A stretch of 64,000 nucleotides of DNA from Oscillospiraceae bacterium (GCA_015065105.1 SVQZ01000006.1:28274-92273), one strand, 5' to 3'. Counted from the stretch's first letter, positions 37,033-47,474 are shown. Notes: generated by a model not told the origin, from the sequence alone. Program-made: numbers and translations.

Positions 37033-38289
37033 TTATAAATTATTGTATTCCTTTATAAATTCCTCATACATATAAAGACTGCCCATGGCGATAAGCGGTC
37101 TTTTTTCTTTTTTTGAATCCTCAAGCGCCTTTTTGAGAGCCGATGCCATATCGGGGAAGGGGGTGGCATGAACTCCTTGTGTTATAAAGGCTTGTGCGTA
37201 TAATGCTGAATCGAGGGCGCGGGGATTATTCGGGGTCACGCAATATGCCTTATAGGTTATCGGTCTGAGCAGTCTTGTTATAAGGCTGTAGTCCTTATCA
37301 GCCATAACTCCGCTCAGTATATTTACCTTGTCGGTAAAAAGCTCTGTTACTGTTCGGCAAAGAGCCTCAACACCGTCGGGATTATGACCTCCGTCATAGA
37401 TGATGAGGGGATCCTTTGAAATCACCTCGAATCTCGCTCTCCATTTTGCACGGCAAATACCGTTGTATATGGCTTCCTCCGAAATGCCGAGCATTTCCGC
37501 CGCAGTTATTGCAAGAACTGCATTTTTAGGCTGGTAACCGCCTGCCAATTCAAGCTTGAAGCGTTTTTTGTACCCGTTCAGATTGAATTCAGCGCCGTCA
37601 AGCGTAAGGGTTATATCGGAGAGTCTTGAGTAATTGCAAGGGTAAGCCTTACAGCCTGTCTTTTTCGCTTTTTTTAGTATTACCTCGGTGCAGCAGGGAT
37701 CTGTCTCACCGAATAAAGCGGGAACGTTCTTTTTAAAAATACCCGCCTTTTCAAAGGCTATCTTTTCCTTTGTGTCACCGAGAAATGCGGTGTGGTCAAG
37801 GGAGACCGACGTGATTATCGACAGCAAGGGAGTTTTTATGACGTTGGTGGAATCAAGTCTTCCTCCCATTCCCGCCTCGAGAATAACTATATCACATCTC
37901 TTCTCATAGAACCAGAGAAGGGCGGCGGCGGTGATAAGCTCAAATTCCGTGGGCTTGTCCTCCATTGAGTCTGCCAGAGGCTTTATTTTTTCGATGATCC
38001 CCGCTAATTCCTCATCCGAAACGGGCTCTGCGTTAAATGCCATTCTTTCGTTGAAGCGGAATACGTAGGGCGAGGTAAAGGTGCCCACCCTTAAGCCCTG
38101 CGCAATGAATATCTCGGTGAGCATCGCGCATACCGAGCCCTTGCCGTTTGTTCCTGCTACGTGGATATATTTCAGCTTGTCCTGTATATTTCCCATGAGG
38201 GCGCAAAGCTCGGTTATTCTTTCAAGTCCGGGACGGCTTCCCATCCAGCAGACGGAATGTATATATTCAAGTGCCTGATTATAGGTCAT
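37033..38289 (-). CDS. folC: bifunctional folylpolyglutamate synthase / dihydrofolate synthase
   Basis: 418 aa. Mur-ligase P-loop HVAGTNGKGS and typical FolC length and layout. Confidence 0.9.
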   Translation of the reverse strand: MTYNQALEYIHSVCWMGSRPGLERITELCALMGNIQDKLKYIHVAGTNGKGSVCAMLTEIFIAQGLRVGTFTSPYVFRFNERMAFNAEPVSDEELAGIIEKIKPLADSMEDKPTEFELITAAALLWFYEKRCDIVILEAGMGGRLDSTNVIKTPLLSIITSVSLDHTAFLGDTKEKIAFEKAGIFKKNVPALFGETDPCCTEVILKKAKKTGCKAYPCNYSRLSDITLTLDGAEFNLNGYKKRFKLELAGGYQPKNAVLAITAAEMLGISEEAIYNGICRAKWRARFEVISKDPLIIYDGGHNPDGVEALCRTVTELFTDKVNILSGVMADKDYSLITRLLRPITYKAYCVTPNNPRALDSALYAQAFITQGVHATPFPDMASALKKALEDSKKEKRPLIAMGSLYMYEEFIKEYNNL

Positions 38290-38818
38290 TTCTGCCTCCC
38301 ATTGCCCTTCTTAAGGCGGTGCTTTTTGTAATAAAATAGAGAAGCAGATATTCAACTGCTCCGATAACTGCATAAAGAGGAAGTCTCGGCAGTACTCCTG
38401 CCAAGGGCAGAGAATAATACAGCATAAGTCCTGCGGATTTTATTATCATGTTGCCCGTGATATGAGAGAGGGCAACGGCGGCGGGAAGGCGCAGCTTATG
38501 ATTTTTTGAATAGGGAAGACCCGCAAAGAAGCCGACGGCACCCGCGCCCAGGGTTATTATCGGGTTGATACCGCCGATGCCGTACTGAGATACTGCGGTG
38601 TTCAGAAGATCGGCGCAGACTCCCGTGGCAAAGCCGGTAACGGGACCGAAGAGATAGCCCGAAAGGATTATCGGCAGGTTTTCAAAGGTGATACGGATGG
38701 AGGGTGTTATTGTAAGCATCTTGCAAAGATATGCAGTCACCACCGCCAAAGCCGTAAGTATTGCGGCAGAGCATAGCACCTTTAGTGTTCCGAACAGTCT
38801 TATTTTCTTTTTTTGCAT
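38279..38818 (-). CDS. folT: folate ECF-transporter S component
   Basis: Start reset to ATG 38818 (MQKKKIRLF..., 179 aa, AAAGGAGG 8 nt upstream). About 5-6 TM helices. Directly preceded by a THF riboswitch and overlaps folC by 11 nt. Confidence 0.75.
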   Translation of the reverse strand: MQKKKIRLFGTLKVLCSAAILTALAVVTAYLCKMLTITPSIRITFENLPIILSGYLFGPVTGFATGVCADLLNTAVSQYGIGGINPIITLGAGAVGFFAGLPYSKNHKLRLPAAVALSHITGNMIIKSAGLMLYYSLPLAGVLPRLPLYAVIGAVEYLLLYFITKSTALRRAMGGRNDL

Positions 38819-38904
38819 ATAAAAATACCTCCTTTGCCACGCTTTTTTGCGGCAAAGCAGGTATCTTATTTTTTTAGATAAAATATCCGTATATAGCCGT
38901 ATAA

Positions 38905-39002
38905 GAAGCGGGATGCAGAAGCCGTACCGCAAGTTTAAAACTTTTCGTCCGCCGTTCAACTCCCCGTTCCCGCGGCACTTGACGCACAGCCTCTTACTCT
39001 TC
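38905..39002 (-). promoter_or_regulatory. THF (tetrahydrofolate) riboswitch aptamer
   Basis: The minus-strand RNA GAAGAGUAAGAGGCUGUGCGUCAAGUGCCGCGGGAACGGGGAGUUGAACGGCGGACGAAAAGUUUUAAACUUGCGGUACGGCUUCUGCAUCCCGCUUC aligns motif by motif with the Eubacterium siraeum THF aptamer as I recall it (GAGUAG..GCGUUAAGUG..GGGA..ACGAAGC..GCGG..GCAUCCGCUC). P1 (GAAG/CUUC), P2 (GAGGCUGU/ACGGCUUC), P3 (CCGC/GCGG) and P4 (AAGUU/AACUU) all pair. Downstream, the hairpin CUUUGCC...GGCAAAG (38826-38860) can occlude the AAAGGAGG RBS. Confidence 0.85.
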
Positions 39003-39008
39003 GATGCT

Positions 39009-39037
39009 ATTATACTATATACCCTATCTCTTGTCAA
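39009..39037 (-). promoter_or_regulatory. consensus sigma-A promoter driving the THF riboswitch-folT-folC operon
   Basis: Minus strand TTGACA (39037-39032), 17 nt, TATAAT (39014-39009). The -35 box overlaps the stop codon of the upstream gene. Confidence 0.75.
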
Positions 39038-39666
39038 TAGCGCAGGGATGCAATATTTCTTATTATCTGCCCTGTGTATTCCGTTTCGTATATACCCTGC
39101 TCCCACATTTTCAAAGCGCCTGCTTCTCCGTAACGGTAGCACATGGCGATCTTGTTTATATCGGCATATTTGTGATAATAGTCTGAAAGCATATATACTC
39201 CGCAGAGGGTATTGTCGTAAAAATCAAGAATATCGCTTACCCCCAGCTCTTTTTTCAGCCATTCGTGATTTACCGAATTTATCTGCATAATGCCCCAGTC
39301 GTTATTTTCGGATATCTCACCGTCGGTGAAATTGCTTTCCGCCTTCATTACTGCAAGCACAAGATCGGCGGGCAGTGAATATTCCTCGCAGAGCGAAAAG
39401 ATATAGTCCTGCTTTTCCTGTGATAAGGGTATGTCGTAATAGATTTTCCCCTCTGTTTCCTCCACAGCTTGTACAGGTTCGTTTTTTTGCTCGGTAAGAA
39501 CTATCTTCTCCACCGATTCGAGCGTACCTATAGTGCCTTCCTCCTCCTTCACCGCTTCTATCTCGTAGCCGTTGGCTCGGATAAGAGAGCCGAGAATGAA
39601 TGCCGCAATGAAAAAAACGGTAAGAGTACACGCCATACATACCGAATACTTAGTATAAAAATTCAA
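39034..39666 (-). CDS. lytic transglycosylase (SLT domain) with N-terminal membrane anchor
   Basis: Start reset to TTG 39666 (AAAGGAGTGG 7 nt upstream). TM anchor present. SLT motifs AVMKAESNF and WGIMQINS. Confidence 0.75.
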   Translation of the reverse strand: MNFYTKYSVCMACTLTVFFIAAFILGSLIRANGYEIEAVKEEEGTIGTLESVEKIVLTEQKNEPVQAVEETEGKIYYDIPLSQEKQDYIFSLCEEYSLPADLVLAVMKAESNFTDGEISENNDWGIMQINSVNHEWLKKELGVSDILDFYDNTLCGVYMLSDYYHKYADINKIAMCYRYGEAGALKMWEQGIYETEYTGQIIRNIASLRY

Positions 39667-39852
39667 TTTTACCACTCCTTTACCATATATTACCATAAGG
39701 AGTGGGAAAAATTTGTCATTTCCTGGTGTGAATATCGGTTTTGATTCCCTATTAAACCCGAGCACGCCGTAAAGTGTGATCTTCTTCTTTGCGATGTGCT
39801 TTGTACCAAAGAGAGTAAAAGCGCCGCCAAAAATCCGTATTTAAATAAAACG

Positions 39853-40180
39853 ATCCGCCGAAAAAATCGGCGGATCTCAGACTGTCGAAAAAGTCGGTCG
39901 GACGTGTGAGCAAATTATTATTTTAAAGTTTAATACGCCCAATAAATTAATTAGAAAATAAGCTTCACAACTCCTGATAAAGTTGAATAACTATTCAATA
40001 GCGGTGTAAACGTCGAGTTCACACCGCTATTTCACACTTTTCCGTGAAAAGGGGTTCTACCGTACATAGTACGCCTACGTCCCCTTTTCACGAAAACCTA
40101 CGCTTCCTTTTTCGAAGCCTGACAGCTTGTCGATAAGTTTATCGACAAGCTGCAATCCGCCGAAAAAATCGGCGGATCTC
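39853..40180. repeat. 26-bp palindromic direct repeats bracketing a hairpin-dense 276-bp segment
   Basis: ATCCGCCGAAAAAATCGGCGGATCTC occurs at 39853-39878 and 40155-40180. Between them are TTGAATA-AC-TATTCAA, TAGCGGTGT..ACACCGCTA, CGTGAAAAGGGG-N30-CCCCTTTTCACG and CAGCTTGTCGATA-AGTT-TATCGACAAGCTG. Confidence 0.8.
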
Positions 40181-40221
40181 TCTGCATTTTTAAAAAGCGA
40201 TTTCGGCAATTCTATATCCTG

Positions 40222-40578
40222 TCATTGCTGCGGCTTATCATCCGCTTTAGGTATAAAAACAGTTACCATTTTGCCGAGCTTTTTACATCTTTCGATAACG
40301 TATTTAGTACCCTTTGACTTTGTGTCCCAGAAGGCTATAACGTGATCGGCATAATCTATTATCTGATCGTTCCTTTTTAAGGGAGCGCCCCTTTTATAAC
40401 GTTCGTAATCGGGAAGAAATTCGGTCAGAGGTATATTATTTTCTCTGGCATACTGCGCCGCATAGCTGTCAACGCCCTTGGCGCCTCCGCTTACTATTTC
40501 GGTTACGTCGAAATTCTTAAGATAGAATCCCAGATCGTCCAAAACAATATTTCGTGAACCTATAATAGCTATCTTCAT
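40222..40578 (-). CDS. SLOG/DUF2493-like (DprA-fold) small protein
   Basis: 118 aa. MKIAIIGSR...VSGGAKGVDSYAA...AFWDTKSKGTKYVI matches the DUF2493-type Rossmann-like family, from memory. Confidence 0.5.
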   Translation of the reverse strand: MKIAIIGSRNIVLDDLGFYLKNFDVTEIVSGGAKGVDSYAAQYARENNIPLTEFLPDYERYKRGAPLKRNDQIIDYADHVIAFWDTKSKGTKYVIERCKKLGKMVTVFIPKADDKPQQ

Positions 40579-40595
40579 TGCTGTCTCCTCTTTCT

Positions 40596-40660
40596 TTATG
40601 TATAGGAATTTACTCCGCTTTGTGTGAGTTGTTTGTGCTGCAGAAACGGACCCGGGCGCT
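40596..40660 (+). repeat. partial type-B copy of the intergenic repeat family
   Basis: TTATGTATAGGAATTTACTCCGCTTTGTGTGAGTTGTTTGTGCTGCAGAAACGGACCCGGGCGC. Shares the head and the GTGTGAGTTGTTTG core with the copies at 56069 and 27297. Confidence 0.7.
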
Positions 40661-41823
40661 TATTTAACTCTTACGAGACTCCTTACCCCCTCGTCGAGAG
40701 CGGCTAAAAGAATGTCGGCGTCATCTCTTGTATGGGATGGGTCAAGACTTATCCTTACCGAGTGGTCCGCCTCCCTTTCGGTAAGACCGAAGTCGGGAAG
40801 AACGTGGCTTGCGTGTCCCGAATTTGAGGAACAGGCAGAGCCGCTTGATACGAAAATACCCTTTGAGGATAAAAAGTGGAGCATGGTCTCGCTTTTTATA
40901 CCGGGAAGGGTTATATTTAAAATATGGGGTGCAGGGTCTTTGGGGATATTCGTGCGAATTTCGGGATTCAAGCCCTTTATGATATATAAGCGTATATCAT
41001 TCATCGATTCCGCGTCGATACCTTCCTTTACTGCCTCGGCAAAGCCTGAGACGGCGGGGAGATTTTCTGTTCCGCTTCTGAAGCCTTTTTCCTGGCCTCC
41101 GCCGAGGATATGGGGAACAAGGCGCTTTGTCTTTATTATATCCGGGGCAACGTAGAGCGCTCCGATGCCCTTGGGGCCGTGGATCTTATGAGCGGAAAGG
41201 GTGACCATATCCGCCATAAGGCTCTCGGGAGAAAGCTTTATCTTCATGAATGCCTGTACCGCATCCGTGTGGGTAACGATATCGGGAGATACCGTCTTTG
41301 CCATCGAAAAGAGCTTTTTGATATCGTATTTTGCACCGGTCTCGTTGTTTACCGTCATAATACTTACCATAACGGTGTTCTTATCGAGGGCATTCATGTA
41401 TTTTTCGAGGTCTATTTCACCGCCGGGGGCGGGAAGATATACCACCTCATAGCCCTCTTTTTCAAGCTTTTTTGCACAGTTAATGACTGCAGAATGCTCG
41501 CTTACCGTTGTGATAAGCTTTTTTCCTCTGTTCTTTTCCTTTGCGTGCATAGTACCGAAAAGGGCGAGATTGTCAGCCTCGGTGCCGCTTGCGGTGAAGA
41601 AAAGCTCTGCGTTTCTTTTACGCACGTTAAGAGCGGAAAGTATTGCTTCACGCGCCTTTTCAAGCTGCTTTTCAGCCTCGTAGCCCTTGGTGTGAAGAGA
41701 GGAGGGGTTGCCCCAATACTCCTGCATTGCAAGAGTCATTGCATCGATCACTCTTTCTGATGGCTTGGTGGTGGCGCTGTTGTCAAAATAAAGATTCATA
41801 TCAGTTGAATTTGAAGTTATCAA
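40660..41823 (-). CDS. cysteine desulfurase (NifS/IscS-type, class V aminotransferase)
   Basis: 387 aa. PLP-lysine motif SAHKIHGPKGIGALY and active-site loop SSGSACSS. Confidence 0.9.
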   Translation of the reverse strand: MITSNSTDMNLYFDNSATTKPSERVIDAMTLAMQEYWGNPSSLHTKGYEAEKQLEKAREAILSALNVRKRNAELFFTASGTEADNLALFGTMHAKEKNRGKKLITTVSEHSAVINCAKKLEKEGYEVVYLPAPGGEIDLEKYMNALDKNTVMVSIMTVNNETGAKYDIKKLFSMAKTVSPDIVTHTDAVQAFMKIKLSPESLMADMVTLSAHKIHGPKGIGALYVAPDIIKTKRLVPHILGGGQEKGFRSGTENLPAVSGFAEAVKEGIDAESMNDIRLYIIKGLNPEIRTNIPKDPAPHILNITLPGIKSETMLHFLSSKGIFVSSGSACSSNSGHASHVLPDFGLTEREADHSVRISLDPSHTRDDADILLAALDEGVRSLVRVK

Positions 41824-42340
41824 GGATCTTTTCTATCTCTTCGGTGTGCTCTGCATAGAGCTCGGGGGTAGATGTGTAGGTTATGAGAAATACCGTTTCA
41901 TCCTTGATACATACGGTCTGCATATATTTATATTCTGTTTCTCCGAGCTTTGCGGTATATACGTAACGCATAGCGTCCTGCTTGTCAAGCTTTTTTGCCT
42001 TGTCCTTTGCAGAATACTCTATATCGGTGAGCAGGGAGCCGAGCTCCTTTTCATGGTCCGCCCAATAGTCCTTCGCGGTATAGTTTGACTTTTCGATACC
42101 GAGGGGATGGGAGGAGATAACAACGCTTGAAGCATCGCTTACCGATGCGTATGCACTTATGGTAGCGCTTTTGTTGCTTACTACCCATTTTTCGGGAACG
42201 AAGGCTGTATATTCAACAAGGTCGTTGGAAAAGAGCTTCATGCCCTTGGGGATTTCGATTTCGGGTGCGGCGCAGGACGAGAACAGAATTGCCGCTGTGA
42301 GCAAAGTAATAAATAAAATCTTAAGTTTCAAAAAAATCAC
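41801..42340 (-). CDS. hypothetical lipoprotein
   Basis: Lipobox LFSSC after a hydrophobic leader. 179 aa. The 3' end overlaps the desulfurase start by 23 nt. Confidence 0.55.
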   Translation of the reverse strand: MIFLKLKILFITLLTAAILFSSCAAPEIEIPKGMKLFSNDLVEYTAFVPEKWVVSNKSATISAYASVSDASSVVISSHPLGIEKSNYTAKDYWADHEKELGSLLTDIEYSAKDKAKKLDKQDAMRYVYTAKLGETEYKYMQTVCIKDETVFLITYTSTPELYAEHTEEIEKILDNFKFN

Positions 42341-42481
42341 CTCGTACAGTCTATTATAGTACAGTATTAGCTAACTTGCAAGAAAACTTTTTATGAACGC
42401 TTATTGATTTTATCAATATTATATGATACAATTTTAAAGATATAATAATTAATATAGTATAGGAAAAGGGGTTGAAAAGAA

Positions 42482-43441
42482 GTGAAAACACCGAAGATTT
42501 TAACGATAGGCAGCGCCAATATCGATCTTGTGGCGCATATTACGAGATTCCCCTCGGTGGGACAGACGGTAAAGGAGAGCGCGGGCTACGAATATGTTCC
42601 CGGCGGTAAGGGCGCAAACTGCGCGGTAGCTGTGGCGCGTCTCGGCGGAGAATCGGTATTCTGCGCCAAATTAGGTAACGATACATACGGCAACAAGCTT
42701 GCTTCGATCTATGCCTCCTCCGGTATAGATACAAGATTTATAACCTATACAAGCGAACAGAGAACGGGACTTGCCATGGTAATGGTAGAATCAAACGGCA
42801 ATAACCGTATAGTGGCATACCCCGGAGCAAACGAGCTTCTTTCTGAAAGCGATGCGGAAAACGCAGTGCTCTGCTATCCCGATGCAATTATGATGCAGTT
42901 TGAGATACCTAAGGAAACTGTTCTTGCTGCCGCAAGATATGCAAGAGAGCTGAAGATCCCCCTTATAGTTGACGCAGGGCCCGCCCTCAGAGACCTCCCC
43001 TTGGATCAGCTGGGTCCCTTGGAGATATTCTCTCCCAACGAAAGCGAGACCCTCGCATATACGGGTATAAACCCCAACACCATGGATAACTGCCTTAAGG
43101 CCTGCATGGCTCTGGCAAACAGGGTGGAGGCGAAGGTTTACGTGCTCAAGCTGGGCTCAAGAGGCTGTTACGTTTATGACGGCACCTATTTTCATGTAAT
43201 GCCCTGCTATCCCGTTGAGGCTGTTGATACAACCGCCGCAGGCGACGTATTCACCGCCGCATATGCCCTTGAATATCTCAGAACCCCCGAATCGGACAAG
43301 GACAGAATAAAGCGGGCGGCAGCATATGCCAATGCCGCGGCTGCTCTGAGCGTTACAAAGACGGGCGCATACAATTCGATACCCACCCATGACCGGGTAT
43401 GTCTTTTTGCCGAGGCGAACGGAATACCCTATAGGTTTTAA
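42482..43441 (+). CDS. rbsK: ribokinase (PfkB family)
   Basis: GSANIDLV, GGKGANCAVAVARLG, DTTAAGDVFTAA. GTG start. Confidence 0.85.
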   Translation: MKTPKILTIGSANIDLVAHITRFPSVGQTVKESAGYEYVPGGKGANCAVAVARLGGESVFCAKLGNDTYGNKLASIYASSGIDTRFITYTSEQRTGLAMVMVESNGNNRIVAYPGANELLSESDAENAVLCYPDAIMMQFEIPKETVLAAARYARELKIPLIVDAGPALRDLPLDQLGPLEIFSPNESETLAYTGINPNTMDNCLKACMALANRVEAKVYVLKLGSRGCYVYDGTYFHVMPCYPVEAVDTTAAGDVFTAAYALEYLRTPESDKDRIKRAAAYANAAAALSVTKTGAYNSIPTHDRVCLFAEANGIPYRF

Positions 43442-43444
43442 GCT

Positions 43445-44407
43445 ATGAATTATAACGAAATAAGAGATCATTTTACCTCATCAAACGAAAGGGATAATAT
43501 TTATTACAGAATATGCACCCCTAAGGATATGGCGAGGGGAATAATACAGATATCCCACGGTATGTGCGAATACTTCGACCGTTACGAGGGCTTTATCGAG
43601 TATTTTACGAATAAGGGCTTTGTTGTTTGCGGCAGCGATCATATCGGACACGGTAACAGCGCAGCGGACAAGGATTCCCTCGGATATATGGGTGAAAACG
43701 GAAACGAATATCTCGCAGACGACCTTTTGATGCTTAACAGTATCGTTCGTAAAAAATACAGAAGCCTTCCGTATATCCTCCTTGGACACAGCATGGGCTC
43801 CTTCGTTGTAAGAGATTATATTATGCGGTATCCCGATACGATAGACGGTGCCGTAATATGCGGTACCCAGGGCAGTAACAAGGCTGTTTCTGCGGGAATA
43901 TTCCTCTGCAACCTGCTTTCTCTCTTCAGAGGAAAGAAGCACCGCAGTGATTTTGTAAGGTCTATAGCCTTTAAGGGCTATAATTCCCGTTTTAAGGACG
44001 AAAAGGACTCCCTTTCATGGCTCACCCGTGTAAAATCGGTGAGAGAAGCCTATGCCTGCGATGATTTCTGTAACTATACCTTTACCCTTGACGGCTTTAA
44101 AAACCTTTTTACCCTTTTAAAGAGGGTGAATGAGCCCGAGTGGGAAAAACGAGTTCCTCAGAGTCTTCCCATCATGCTTATTGCGGGCAGGGAGGATCCT
44201 GTGGGAAATTACGGAGGGGGAGTTACCGAGGTATATGACCTTCTTGAAGCAAGGGAGGTCAATATGCTTGAAATCAAGCTTTATGAGGGTGCCCGCCATG
44301 AGCTTTTCAACGAAGAAAACAAAGAAGAAGTATTTTGCGATCTTGAGGGCTTTGCGTCCCGTGTGATCGAGGGTGTTCTGGAGGCAAGAGGATATGGCAG
44401 AGCTTAA
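43445..44407 (+). CDS. alpha/beta hydrolase (lysophospholipase / monoacylglycerol lipase-like)
   Basis: HGMCEY...GHGNS and nucleophile elbow LLGHSMGSF, with a late conserved His (GARHELFNE). Confidence 0.75.
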   Translation: MNYNEIRDHFTSSNERDNIYYRICTPKDMARGIIQISHGMCEYFDRYEGFIEYFTNKGFVVCGSDHIGHGNSAADKDSLGYMGENGNEYLADDLLMLNSIVRKKYRSLPYILLGHSMGSFVVRDYIMRYPDTIDGAVICGTQGSNKAVSAGIFLCNLLSLFRGKKHRSDFVRSIAFKGYNSRFKDEKDSLSWLTRVKSVREAYACDDFCNYTFTLDGFKNLFTLLKRVNEPEWEKRVPQSLPIMLIAGREDPVGNYGGGVTEVYDLLEAREVNMLEIKLYEGARHELFNEENKEEVFCDLEGFASRVIEGVLEARGYGRA

Positions 44408-44816
44408 AAAAATATTGGCGGTTGACTACGGAGACGTGAGAACGGGTCTTGCAGTATCCGATGCCCTCGGCATGATGGCAGGGGGAATAGGTACGGTAAA
44501 GGCGAGGGGTATGCACGACCTCTGCAATATAGTATTGGAGCATGCCGAGAAAAACAAGGTAGGGAAAATAATCATAGGAGACCCCGTTAACATGAACGGT
44601 ACAAGGGGTCCGAGAAGCGAGAAGGCGCATATGTTTGCCGACCTTTTAAGAGAGAACACCGATATAGAGGTAGAGCTTTATGACGAAAGATGCTCCACCA
44701 TGGTGGCGCATACCTATCTCAATGCAACCAATACCCACGGAAAAAAGCGCAAAGAGGTGGTTGACACCCTTTCCGCCCAGATAATTCTTCAGGATTATCT
44801 CGATTCAAGAAGATAA
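44394..44816 (+). CDS. ruvX: Holliday junction resolvase-like / pre-16S rRNA nuclease RuvX (YqgF)
   Basis: Start reset to ATG 44394. ILAVDYGDVRTGLAVSD N-terminus and DERCSTMVA. 140 aa. Confidence 0.85.
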   Translation: MAELKKILAVDYGDVRTGLAVSDALGMMAGGIGTVKARGMHDLCNIVLEHAEKNKVGKIIIGDPVNMNGTRGPRSEKAHMFADLLRENTDIEVELYDERCSTMVAHTYLNATNTHGKKRKEVVDTLSAQIILQDYLDSRR

Positions 44817-44878
44817 ATTTCAAGATACCCCCAAAAGAGAAATTTAGTTGCGTAAACTAATAGCGAAAGGATATAAAA

Positions 44879-45604
44879 ATGGAATCCGAGCACGCGATAA
44901 TAGGGAAGGTGATGGGCGCGAAGGTGAGCAGCCGCGCCGCAGACGAGCTTGTAAGAGAATACCTGCCCTTTATCAAAAAAGAAGTATCAAAGCTGTCCGA
45001 GGTATCAGACCCGGAGTACGAGGACCATCTTTCTATAGCAATGTTCGCCTTTCACGAGGCTGTGCTTGCTTATTCAAAGAACAAGGGCTCCTTTTTGAAA
45101 TTTGCCGAGGTGGTAATAAAGAACCGTCTTATAGACTATCACCGGAAAAGTATGCGCCACAGCGCAGTTATTTCGCTTGACGCGGAATACGGCGGTGACG
45201 ACAGACGCAGTATGCTCAGCGAATACGATCCCGGAGAGGATAACGTTGCCGAAAGACATAATGCCAATGCCGCAAGAGAGGAGATAGAAGAGTTTTCGAA
45301 GGCTCTCTGGAGCTTCGGACTTATGATATCGGATATAGCGGATAATTGCCCTAAGCAGAAAAGGACGCTTTATGCCTGTCATAAGGTACTTTTGTTCGCA
45401 AAGGGACGTCCCGAGATATTTGAAGAGCTTTTAAGGACAAAAAGACTGCCGGTATCGGCACTTTCGTCGGGTACGGGTCTTGAAAGAAAGCTTATAGAAA
45501 GACACAGAAAATATCTTGTTGCCGTATTACTTGCATATACCAACGGATTTGAGATAATAAGAGGACATTTAAAGCAGATAAGTGCAAGAGAAGGGAGAGA
45601 GTAA
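44879..45604 (+). CDS. sigI: RNA polymerase sigma-I factor
   Basis: 241 aa. The N-terminus ...ELVREYLPFIKKEVSK...SIAMFAFHEAVLAYSKNKGSFLKFAEVVIKNRLIDYHRK is typical of SigI. An RsgI-type gene follows immediately. Confidence 0.75.
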   Translation: MESEHAIIGKVMGAKVSSRAADELVREYLPFIKKEVSKLSEVSDPEYEDHLSIAMFAFHEAVLAYSKNKGSFLKFAEVVIKNRLIDYHRKSMRHSAVISLDAEYGGDDRRSMLSEYDPGEDNVAERHNANAAREEIEEFSKALWSFGLMISDIADNCPKQKRTLYACHKVLLFAKGRPEIFEELLRTKRLPVSALSSGTGLERKLIERHRKYLVAVLLAYTNGFEIIRGHLKQISAREGRE

Positions 45605-45605
45605 A

Positions 45606-46610
<1,005 letters not shown>

Positions 46611-46637
46611 AAAATCGGGAGCTTTTCCCGATTTTTT
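46611..46637 (+). terminator. rho-independent terminator
   Basis: aaaatcggga-gcttt-tcccgatttttt. Confidence 0.7.
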
Positions 46638-46690
46638 AATTTATAGGAAATTGCTCCAAACCGCCCGACGTAACCGCCGCTTCCGCAAAT
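46638..46690 (+). repeat. head-only / truncated copy of the intergenic repeat family
   Basis: AATTTATAGGAAATTGCTCC directly after the terminator T-run. The body diverges and is short. Confidence 0.6.
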
Positions 46691-46877
46691 ATTATGTAAA
46701 GAGAAAAAAACTTGTCTTTTGATTGCAATAAAAACTTAATATCAAAGGCACAGGAATTATGAAAAAATATGACTCCCGAAGAAAAGCATTTATATTATGA
46801 TTTTCTTTAAGGATTACCCTTATTTTTTAAAAATATCTGCGTATTCTATTTATGAAAACCAAAATAAAGGAGGCTTA

Positions 46878-47300
46878 ATGATGAAGAAGAAAAGCTTAAT
46901 AAGATTATCGGCAGTATTGATCGTTGTCCTTGCAGTGTCGGCAATTCTTGCGGGCTGTGCGGCAAAGGACGCGGCAAGAGAATTGAAAAAGGATATCAAA
47001 GAACACACTGACAGAATGCTGACGGCAGATCCCGGTAAAGAAGAAAAGTCTTATACCGGTACTTCGGGCAATGCCGACACAAGTAAAAGCACCATCATTA
47101 CCTCGGAGGAAGCCAAGGCTGCAGCCCTTGAAAAGGCAGGGCTTGAAGCTGCGGATAATATATTTTGCAGCTATGACCGTGAGGATAATGATTACGATAT
47201 AGAATTCAGACATGACGGCATTGAATATGAAATGGAGGTCGATGCTTCGAGCGGTATTGTAAAGGATTACGATACCGATTTCGAAAATGATTGGGATTAA
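46878..47300 (+). CDS. PepSY-domain lipoprotein
   Basis: Start reset to ATG 46878 (AAAGGAGG upstream). Lipobox LAGC. PepSY-like SEEAKAAALEKAGLEAA...YDREDNDYDIEFRHDGIEYEMEVDASSGIVKDYD is clearly paralogous to the RsgI C-terminal domain. Confidence 0.7.
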   Translation: MMKKKSLIRLSAVLIVVLAVSAILAGCAAKDAARELKKDIKEHTDRMLTADPGKEEKSYTGTSGNADTSKSTIITSEEAKAAALEKAGLEAADNIFCSYDREDNDYDIEFRHDGIEYEMEVDASSGIVKDYDTDFENDWD

Positions 47301-47445
47301 GGAGAGCCAATGAGCTAAAAAGCACCTGTCCCCGAATAATATTGCCCCTCGGCCGGCGAAAGCCGGCAGCCCCTCCGAAAGGAGGGGCTCTTCAATTTTA
47401 TGGGTTTTATTACAAAAAGTTAATATTTATATATTATAATAATTA

Positions 47446-47474
47446 TTGAAAAATCTTTATTGATGTGATATAAT
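47446..47474 (+). promoter_or_regulatory. consensus-like sigma-A promoter
   Basis: TTGAAA (47446-47451), 17 nt, TATAAT (47469-47474). Confidence 0.55.

Noticed and set aside
38819-39142. Long N-terminal extension of the folT ORF (track 287 aa).
   Set aside because: The extension covers the THF riboswitch, its promoter and the 3' end of the neighbouring gene. The ATG at 38818 has a strong RBS and yields a typical ~180-aa S component.
39667-39850. c-di-AMP (ydaO-type) riboswitch upstream of the lytic transglycosylase, and an N-terminal extension of that ORF to 39765.
   Set aside because: I could not find the conserved ydaO elements (e.g. the CAGCUAACC-type and paired GGGGA/ACCC segments). The extension lacks an RBS, whereas the TTG at 39666 has AAAGGAGTGG upstream.
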